This document shows, one piece after another, positions 35,340 through 44,136 of a stretch of DNA of 44,136 nt. The stretch comes from Chiloscyllium plagiosum (Eukaryota). The stretch lies in contig NW_025215381.1 of assembly GCF_004010195.1 (NCBI RefSeq), forward strand, positions 1,311,730-1,355,865. Reading direction: 5' to 3'. Each line of letters starts with the position of its first letter. Position 1 is the stretch's first letter. Both the position numbers and the translations under genes were made by a program. Under the pieces are notes generated by a model that saw only the letters and a program-made list of their open reading frames with translations, was not told the origin of the DNA and did not search any database.

Positions 35340-37170
35340 GACATGAGGGATGGCATGATCAATAATAAGATTCAAGATTGTTATGGAGACAAGGAGAGGT
35401 CTGAAATGAAAGTTCTCAACTGGAGGATTTTTATAAGATCAGACATGATTTGGCCAGAGTGGACTGGGAGCAGACACTTTCAGGTCTCAGAACAGTGACA
35501 TGCATTCGGGAATGAAAGCATGTTTGAGTAAAGAACACAATAACCCAGAGAATCCTTACAGTGTGGAACTGGCCATTTGTCCCAATGAGTCCACACCAAC
35601 CCTCCAAACAGCATCCCACCCAGATCCATTCCCCTGTAACACTAACACACCCCTAAACGCTATGGGTAATTTAGCAAGGCCAATGCACAGCTTTGGACTG
35701 TGGGAGGAAACCGGAGCACCCAGTGGAAACCCATACAGACACGGGGAGTATGTGCAAAGTCAACACAGACAGTCACCCGAGGCTGGAATCGAACCCAGGT
35801 CCCTAGTGCTGGGAGGCAGCAGTGCTAACCACTGAGCCACTGTCAAACTATGTGAACACTGGACTTCAAGGGAAATAACAGCATTGGATCAAAGTAAAAG
35901 TGAGGCTTATGTCATCTATCAAGAACTGAAAGCAGCAGAAATTCCTGCATAGGATAGAATGTGCAGGAAGAAATTTAACAGAGATTCGAAGTGTTAAAAA
36001 GGGGAAATGAAAGGATACTGGTAAAATAAAGGAAAATCCTAAACTGTTTTCCAGGTCCATACAGTCACAGAGTCATAGAGATGTACATCATGGAAACAGA
36101 CCCTTCGGTCCAACCCGTCCATGCCGACCAGATATCCCAACCCAATCTAGTCCCACCTGCCAGCACCTGGCCCATATCCCTCCAAACCCTTCCTATTCGT
36201 ATACCCATCCAAATGCCTCTTAAATGTTGTAATTGTACCAGCCTCCACCACTTCCTCTGGCAGCTCATTCCATACACGTACCACCCTCTGTGTGAAACAG
36301 TTGTCCCTTAGGTCCCTTCTAAATGTTTCCCCTCTAGTTCTGGACTCGCCCAACCCAGAGAAAAAACTTTATCTACTTCCCTTAATCATGATTTTATAAT
36401 AAAGGATAGCAAGGAAAAGGATTAAGAATAAGTGCAGTAATTTGTTCTTGGAGCCAGAGGATGTAGGTAAATGAATACTCTGAACTAGTGAGAGGGATGG
36501 TATGGGTATAAAATCAGGGAGAAGGTCTGTGATGCAAGTTTAGAAATTAGCACAGGCAGAGAGGAGGCTGTGGGGAAATCCAGGAGACTTAAAATGAGAT
36601 AAGTCATGACGGCCCAGATGAAACGTATCCCAAGTTGTTTAGTGGGTCAGGGGAGGAAATAACAGAGGCTCTTACAAAAAGTTTCAGTTCCTCTTTGGCC
36701 ACAGGAGAGGTGCCGGAGGACTAGATGACAGTCAATATTGAGATGGAGCAAGGGATGAACCAGGAAATTGCAGGCTACTCAGTCTAATTTCAACGGTGGC
36801 AAAACTGTTGGGAACAATTCTGAGGGACAAAATTAATCTGCACTTGGAGGGGCAGGGCTTAGTAAAAGGGAAGGTCATGTCTGACCAACTTGACTAAATT
36901 TTCAAAGAGCTGACCAGGTATATCGATGAGGTGTGTGAGTGCGTCATCTACTTGGACTTTTGATAAGATCCCGCATGGGAAGCAGGTAGCAATGGTAAGA
37001 ACGTCCATGATCCTGGGAACCTTGGCCAATAGCACCCATAATTGAGTGGCAGGAACCAGAGGGTGAGGGTTGAGGGGTGGTTTTGTGACTGCAGTTTTAT
37101 CTTCAGTATTAACACCCACAGGGTTAGTAGTTTGGGGTTTATATAAATGAATTAATTAGACTTGAATGTA
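35340..37170 (+). mobile_element. Old CR1 ORF2 remnant with nested HE1 (minus, about 35548-35842) and CR1 3' end (minus, about 36065-36400)
   Basis: Degenerate GPD..YP, GEVPED, PGN.R..SL, KGRSCLTNL and LDF.KIPH segments. Confidence 0.7.
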
Positions 37171-37174
37171 GGGG

Positions 37175-37485
37175 AGGAGAAAGTGAGGACTACAGATGCT
37201 GGAGAACAGTCGAGAATGTGTTGCTGGAAAAGCGCAGCAGGTCAGGCAGCATCCAAGGAGCAGGAGAGTCGACATTTCAGGCAAAAGCCCTTCATCAGGA
37301 ATGAGGCTTGTGGGCCGGGGGGCTGAGAGATAGATGGGGGGGGGGGGGGGGTGGGGGGACAGGGGCTACCTTCTCCCCAACCCCACCCCCCCCTCCCATT
37401 TATCTTTCAACCCTCCAGCCCACAAGCCTCATTCCTGATGAAGGGCTAGTGCCTGAAACGTCGATTCTCCTGCTCCTCGGATGTT
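37175..37485. mobile_element. Penelope-derived long palindrome with opposed hammerhead motifs
   Basis: Arms about 37255-37355 and 37375-37482 (G-run/C-run); plus-strand core ctgatga-a-gggc-tagt-gcct-gaaa-cg-tc near 37435. Confidence 0.85.
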
Positions 37486-37509
37486 CAACATAGAAGAATT
37501 AACCAATAA

Positions 37510-39360
37510 GGTTGCATGATAAGGGTGAATAAATAAAGCTTTATGGGGTGAGTTTAGGAATAAAAAAGGGCAGTCACACTACAGACCCCCCAAATACTGA
37601 GAGGGAGATGGAGAACAAATATGTAGACAAATGTCTGCCTGTAGGAATAAGAGAACAATAATAAGAGGAGACTTTATTCCAATATCAACATGGTTTCAAA
37701 TAAAACAAGGGGCATTGTGGGTGAAAAATTCATCTACCAGAATTTTTTTCTAAACAATATGTGACAAGCCCAATGAGACGAGATGCAGTTCTGGATTTAG
37801 TTTTTTCTGAAATGAACACAGGAAAGTGGCTGAAGTTGCAGCAGACGGCCAACAGGTGGCACAGTGGTCAGCACTGCTGCCTCCCAGCGCCAGGGTCACA
37901 GGTTCGATCCCAGCCTTGGCTGACTGTCTGTGGGGCGTTTGCACATTCTCCCTGTGTCTGTGTGGGTATCCTCCCCCAAATCAAAGTAGTGCAGATTAGG
38001 TGAATTGGGGATGCTTATGTTGCCCATTGTGTTCAGGGATATGTAGGAGTCTGGGTGAGTTACTCTTCAGAGGGTTGGTATGGGCTTGTTGGGCCGAAGG
38101 GCCTGTTTCCACAGTGCTGGAATTCAATGATGTCCCAGATAGTGAAAACAGTCCAGGCCATTCAGCCCTTGATGTTGTGCTGACCTATGGAACCAATCTG
38201 AAGCCCATCTAACCTACACTATTCCATTTTCATCCATATGCCCATCCAATGACCGTTTAAATGCGCTTAAAGTTGGCGAGTCTATTACTGTTGCAGGCAG
38301 GGCATTCCACGCCCCTACTACTCTCTGAGTAAAGAAGCTACCTTTACTGTCCTATATCTATCATCCCTCAATTTAAAGCTATGTCCCCTTGTGCTAGCCA
38401 TCACCATCCACGGAAAAAGGCCCTCACTGACCACCCTATCTAACCCTCTGATCATCTTGTATGTCGCAATTAATTCACCTCTCAACCTTCTTCTCTCTAA
38501 CGAAAACAGCCTCAAGTCCCTCAGCCTTTCCTCATAAGACCTTCCCTCCATTGCAGGCAAAATCCTAGTAAATCACCTCTGAACCCTTTCCAAAACTTCC
38601 ACATCCTTTCTATAAGGCAGTGACCAGAATTGGATGCAATACTCCAAGTGCGGCCACACCAGAGTTTTGTACAGCTACAGCATGATCTCATGGCTCTGAA
38701 ACTCAATCCCTCAACCAATAAAAGCCAACACATCGAATGCCTTCTGAACAGCCCTATTAACCTGGGTGGCAACATATACTAGATTTAGTATTATTATTAT
38801 CAGGAGTAAAATATTTTAAGTGGAGGAAGGCAGATTTTACAAAACTGAGAAATGATTTGGCTGAGGTGGACTGGACAGGACTGCTAAAGTATACATCCGT
38901 GGGGAACAAATGAGAGGTGCTAAATAGTGAGATCCTTAGGGCACAAAGCAGATATGTCCCCTTCAAATGGAAGAATGGTCCTGCCAAATCCAGGTCGTTT
39001 GGAAAAACACAGGGGAAGATTAAACTGTAAAATAAACCTTACGATAGTCATTAAAAACCCAACACTGCAGCTAACCAAGAGGAGGATAGAAAGTGCAGGA
39101 ATCAAGTGTAAAAAGAAATAAGGAAATCAAGGAGAGGGAATGACAAACAATATTAGAAAGCAAAATAAAGGAAACCCCAAAGAGTAAAAGAATAGGTAAG
39201 GAAAATGAGTTAAAAAAGGGGAAGTTGTCTGAAGATGCGGAGGCTATAGGAAGACATTTTTTGTCTCATTCACAGAGGAAAGGGATGATATGGATATGGT
39301 AATCCAAGGAGACCAGAGTGAAATATTTGATCAAATAATCATAACAGGCAGGAGATCCTG
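37510..39360 (+). mobile_element. Old CR1 endonuclease/linker remnant with nested HE1 (plus, about 37852-38125) and CR1 (minus, about 38140-38778)
   Basis: Degenerate ELRNKKG, YRPPN, GDF and AVLDLV segments; nested ERLRDLRLFSLERRRLRGEL. Confidence 0.7.
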
Positions 39361-39384
39361 TGGCCTCAAATTAGAATCCAGAAT

Positions 39385-39956
39385 GATGTATTGCCTCCCA
39401 GCTGCGAAGGACCCGTGTTCGATTCTAGCCTCGGACGACTGACTGTGTGGAGTTTGCACATTCTCCCCGTGTCTGCGTGGGTTTCCTCCGGGTGCTCCGG
39501 TTTCCTCCCACAGTCCAAAGATGTGTGGGTTAGGGTGGATTGGCCATGCTAAATTGCCCCATAGTATTTAGGGATGTGTAAGTTAGGGTGGATTGGCCAT
39601 GCTAAATTACCCATAGTGCCCAGGGATGTGTGGGTTAGAGTGGATTGGCCATGCTAAATTGTTCGATAGTTATCAGGGATGTGTAGGTTAGGGTGGATTG
39701 GCCATGCTAAATTACCCATAGTGCCCAGGGATGTGTGGGTTAGGGTGGATTGGCCATGCTAAATTGTTCGGTAGTTATCAGGGATGTGTAGGTTAGGGTG
39801 GATTGGCCATGCTAAATTACCCCATAGTGTTCAGGGATGTGTAGGTTAGGGTGGATTGGCCATGCTAAATTACCCATAGTGCGGGTTACTCTTTGGATAG
39901 TCAGTGTGGACTTGTTGGGCCGAATGGCCTGTTTCCACACTGGAGGGATTCTATGA
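39385..39956 (+). mobile_element. HE1-type SINE with about 7 tandem ~53-bp units
   Basis: gttcgattct B box; array at about 39525-39880. Confidence 0.9.
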
Positions 39957-41350
39957 ACCAATCTCGGAGTGGCTACAGAATGTTCTGAAAGGGCAGGCAG
40001 AGATCATTGTGCACGTTGGCACAAATGACACAGGTAGAAATAGGGAGGAGGTCCTGCAGAGTGATTACAGAGCACGAGGGAAAAAAAGTTAAAACCAGTA
40101 CCTCGACGCTGCTAATTTCCAGTGCCATTTGCTAGTTAGGGTATGAACAGGAGGGTATGGCAGGTGAATGCATGGCTAAGGCAGGGATTCAGATTTTTAG
40201 ATCATTGGGATCTTTTCTGGAGCAGAGGTGACCTCAAGAGGGACGGGTAGCATCTGAACTGGAAAGAGGACCAATACCTTGGCGGCCAAGTTTGCCAGTT
40301 CAACACAGGAAGGTTTAAACTAGACTGGCAGGGAGGTGGGATCCTCAACAGTAGGGAGGCAAGTGCGAGTCGGGAAGGGGAGACAGTAATCAGAAATAGT
40401 AAAATGAAGAGGCAGGTCAGGTTGGAACACCACAGGGAGCAAGCAATGCCTGTTGGACTAAATTGTATCTATTTCAATGCAAGAGGGCTGACAGGTTGGG
40501 CTGATGAATTCAGGGCGTGGGACAGGGATTTCATAGCCATTACAAAAACATGGCTAAGGGAGGGACAGGACTGGCAGCATAACGTGCCAGGGTACAGGTG
40601 CTTTGGGCAGGACAGGGGTGGTGGAAGGAAGAGAGGGGGAGTTACATTTTTGATTAAGATGAGTATCACGGCAATAATCAGAGAGGAAATAACTGAAGAA
40701 TCATGCAGCAAGGCTTTGTGGGTGGAGCTAAGAAATAAGGAGGGGATGGCGATGTTATTGGGGTTGTACTATAGGTCCTCAAATAGTCAACGGGAATTAG
40801 AGGAACAAATATGCAGGGAGATTGGGGAGACTTGCAGGAACAATAGGGTTGTCATAGTATGGGGTTTTAATTTTCTGATCTAGACTGGGACTGCCACAGC
40901 GTGAAGGGCTGAGATAGGGTGGAATTTGTTAACTGAACTCAGAAACGTTTTCTCAAGCAGTTATACAGAGGGTCCTACTCTGGAAGGGGCAAAACTTGAC
41001 CTACTCTTGGGAAACGGGGCAAGTCATGTGACTGAGGTGACAGTGGGGGAGCACTTGGGGACCAGGGACCATGGCTCTATTCATTTTAACATTGTTATGG
41101 AGAGTAACCAAACTGGTCCACAGGTTCAAGTGCTAAATTGGGGCAAGGTGAATTTTGATGGAATTAGACAGGAGCTTGCAGGTGTTGATTGGAATAGTTT
41201 GTTTGCAGGCAAAGGGACGTCCAACAAGTGGGAGACCTTTAAAATAGGTGAGATAGCTAGAGTTTAAGGTCTACATGTTCCTGTGAGGGTGAAAAGCAAG
41301 GTTGAAGGAATAGGAAACCTGGATGACAAGAGATATTGAGGCTGAGAGAA
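39957..41350 (+). mobile_element. CR1 LINE 5' portion: ORF1 SGNH esterase plus ORF2 AP endonuclease, degenerate
   Basis: IIVHVGTND and DG.HLN esterase blocks; YFNARGL...AITKTWL...PGY...RGGV...WVELRNK; LDLLLGN...EHLG..DH. Confidence 0.9.
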
Positions 41351-42429
41351 GAAAAAAAATGTATTTTTAAAAAGATACTCTGAAGCTTGAACACTTGGCC
41401 CTGCACTACCTCCCTCGTCCCACCGAACCGTAGTTCACAGCTCCCCACTCCAATGCACCCACTTTCCCCACAATCCCCCAGTTCTCACTATGGAGTTGCT
41501 GCAATGTATGAAGACTTGAACCGGGGTTCAGAGGGAGAAAAGTTTGGGAAGCTGATTACTCCGGTCTTGTTGGCAATTGCAATATACTACCACTGAACAA
41601 GCAATATATTTCAACCACAGCTTTATTTGATGTCCATACATCACCATATACTGCCATGATTTACAGAAAACACTGAAACAATCACTGCAAAATAGAAAGG
41701 GGATCAATATTCTACAATAATTTCCAACAAAATTTAAATCACAACACTGCTAAGATTCTGAGAGAACAGAGAGTGTATGGGAAGATACATTTAGTAAAAA
41801 CAAGAAGCCTAAAAGGGTAGAAAGAAAGATCCAGTTTCAAAACTCAGTGCCAAACAGCTCTGAACAAAGCTAGGAAGGAAAGCAGTCATATCGGAGATTC
41901 GAGGAAAATTTCCAGATTTCAGAAATGATCAATGTGCAGAAGGATGGTTTTACTGTTAACCAAGCAGCATCACTCAGCACAATTGTTATTTCGCATTAGC
42001 TCAGAGATTAGATAGTGCATGAAAAAATTTACTTCTGTTGAGAGAGGGAATTTAAGATTAGGACAATTTCAATCCTACTTGCACTGGATATTGGAAAACT
42101 AACAAAATCTCACCTAGTACAATGACACCTGTGACAAATGAAAACTCAGTTAATTTTGCAGAACAGCTGCAGCAAGAACTCAATCTAACCTGCGCCAATA
42201 TGGCTCAGAAACACCATATGTAATGTAAGTGAAGCACAGAGTTCTTCACTCTTCATAAATCTGACCACAAGCAAAAGTCACAGAAGTTCACTTCCTTGCA
42301 AACAGTAGCTGGCATTGCCATGAGATCTAGAGGATTTTGTTCCATTCTGAGCATCGCATCTTCGGAAGGATGTCAAGGCTGAATAAGTTGCAGACAGATT
42401 TTACTAAAACGAGACAGAGTTGGGAGATG

Positions 42430-42535
42430 GAACCAAAAGAGAAAATGCTGGAAAATCTCAGCAAGTCTGGCAGCATCTGTAAGGAGAGAAAAGAGCTGAC
42501 GTTTCGAGTCTAACTGACCCTTTGTCAAAGCTGGG
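42430..42535 (-). mobile_element. Second Penelope-family terminus with decayed hammerhead, nested in a CR1 remnant (about 42340-42857)
   Basis: Minus strand agct-ttgacaa-a-gggtc-agtta-gactc-gaaa-cg-tc-agct. Confidence 0.7.
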
Positions 42536-42857
42536 ATTCTGTTCCGTTGAGAGACTATAAAACTAGGGATGGTTTACCTTCAAACAGAGGTGATAAAGGG
42601 GAAATTTAAATAAACATGTTAAATAGAAGACCTTTTATAATGAGTATGAAGGAATAGTTTCCACCAGGAAGAGAGCTCGTAATCAGAGAGAGACTGGCTA
42701 AAGTTAAATGGAGGTTTTTTCAAGAAACATGTTAGAATGGTCTGGAAAAATGGTGGTAGCAAATTCAATACTAACTTTAAGGAAATTTGATACACATCTG
42801 AAAAGAAGAAATTTGCACAACTATGAGACTATACAATTGCTGTTTATACAATAGCAT

Positions 42858-42978
42858 ACCTACGGGCATGATAGTCTGAAAATGCCTGATCTCATTCAAT
42901 CTTGGAAGATAAGCAGACTCAGACCTGGTTATTAAATGGATAGGAGACTGCTTGAGAATACCAGGTGCAATAAGTTTT
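42858..42978 (+). pseudogene. 5S rRNA pseudogene (full-length, diverged)
   Basis: acctacgggcat...gatctc...ggaagataagcag...cctggtta...tggataggagactg...gaataccaggtgc..taagtttt is collinear with vertebrate 5S over about 120 nt; substitutions in boxes A and C; single copy. Confidence 0.85.
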
Positions 42979-43064
42979 GTGAGCCCTCTTTTGACCCAGT
43001 GGTCATGTTCTTAACCTTGGATTGAGACACCCAAATTGAAGTCCCATCTCTGAATTGTTGATTA

Positions 43065-43640
43065 GAAAAATGAAAGCTGAAAATACTGGCAAAACTACAG
43101 TTAGGCAACAGCTGTGGAAAGCAAGAGTTGTCTCTTTGTGCGAATGACTCTTCAAAACAGAAGACAGAAATACAATATTAATATGTGATAGGTTTAACAC
43201 AAGTTTTAGTCATGTATGTAAGGTTGCAAGCAAGTGAAAGGGGCTCAGAATGGGGGACAGCGATGGTCGAACCAAAAGAGAAAGCTTGTGATGGATGGAG
43301 AATAGGAGAGATTTTAATAAAAGTCAGAAGGGAATACAGAAAAGTAAGTAATGAAAATGTGTCCAGATGTAGTGTAAATGGCTGCACAGACCTCATGCGA
43401 ATTCAAGATAAACAACAAATAAGCAAAAGAAACAAAATGGAGGTAGAGGTTTTTCTGTAAAGTTGCTGATTCTATGCTGCACCCAAAAGGCTGAGTCAAA
43501 AGATGAGGCAGGATTCTTCAGGCTTACATTAAGCTTCTCTTGAACATTGCAGCAGACCAAGGTCAAAAGATCAGGCTGGGGTTGAACTGGAGAACTGAAA
43601 TGGCAGTGCTTTTAGACTGAAAGGGGTCATCCAACCTCCA
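43065..43640 (-). mobile_element. Highly decayed Penelope-like 3' end
   Basis: aaagctgaaaatactggcaaaact...gactcttcaaaac terminus and a GIY-YIG-like segment near 43480-43610. Confidence 0.45.
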
Positions 43641-43799
43641 TTTCATCAACACTACTTCCAGCACAAACAAGCACCCAGGAAACTTGAGTTTACCACATAC
43701 AATAGACTATAATAAAGCTGTATAATGGCTTCAAACATTGAAATGCACACATGACAACTTTAAAGAAAAGCTGCCATAATATATATTTAACAACAATAT

Positions 43800-44120
43800 T
43801 TAGATTAGATTAGATTCCCTACAGGGTGGGAACAGGCCCTTCAGCCCAACAAGTCCACACAGACCCTCCAAAGAGTGACCAACCCAGACCCATTTCCCTC
43901 TGACTAATGCACCTAACATTACGAGCAATTTAGCATGGCCAATTCATCTGGTCTGCACATCTTTGGACTGTGGGAAGAAACCAGAGCACCCGGGGGAAAC
44001 TCACGCAGACACAGGGAGAACGTGCAAACTCCACACAGACAGTCGCCTGAGACTGGAATCGAACCTGGGACCCTGGTGCTGTGAGGCAGCAGTGCTAACC
44101 ACTGAGCCACCGTGCCGCCC
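43800..44120 (-). mobile_element. HE1-type SINE, full length
   Basis: (ttaga)n tail; ...gtgctaaccactgagccaccgtgccgccc head. Confidence 0.93.
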
Positions 44121-44136
44121 TAAATATGCTTCAATG

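Noticed and set aside
35058..35498. 146-aa ORF with VTNGVYM repeats
   Set aside because: Translation of a 21-bp minisatellite plus CR1 remnant; no splice or homology support.

Overview
Repeat-dense vertebrate genomic DNA. The repeat set (HE1-type tRNA SINEs, CR1/HER1 LINEs, Rex1/Babar LINEs, Deu-domain SINE remnants, Penelope-like elements) indicates a cartilaginous fish, probably a shark (inference). The only supported protein-coding gene is a TIPARP/PARP7-like mono-ADP-ribosyltransferase on the minus strand. It has four GT-AG exons (18619-18457, 14198-14008, 12969-12703, 9468-9018) that splice in frame to about 356 aa of WWE plus PARP catalytic domain with an H-Y-I triad. Its 5' (CCCH zinc-finger) exon was not found and may lie in the 500-N gap or beyond the window. 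Most notable observations: (1) many Penelope-derived palindromic inserts with 14-15 bp target-site duplications carry minimal type-I hammerhead ribozyme cores, two of them intact; (2) a non-coding element with an AAGATGGCGGCG head and a Rex1-like tail holds about 54 copies of a 23-bp unit; (3) a candidate plus-strand spliced non-coding transcript runs antisense or divergent to the PARP gene; (4) inverted HE1 SINEs closely flank the WWE exon; (5) a solo LTR sits inside Rex1 and itself contains a Rex1 fragment; (6) a 5S rRNA pseudogene abuts a tRNA-like head. Most other ORFs in the track are repeat-derived artefacts. Repeat boundaries are approximate and family names come from recalled consensus sequences, not a search.
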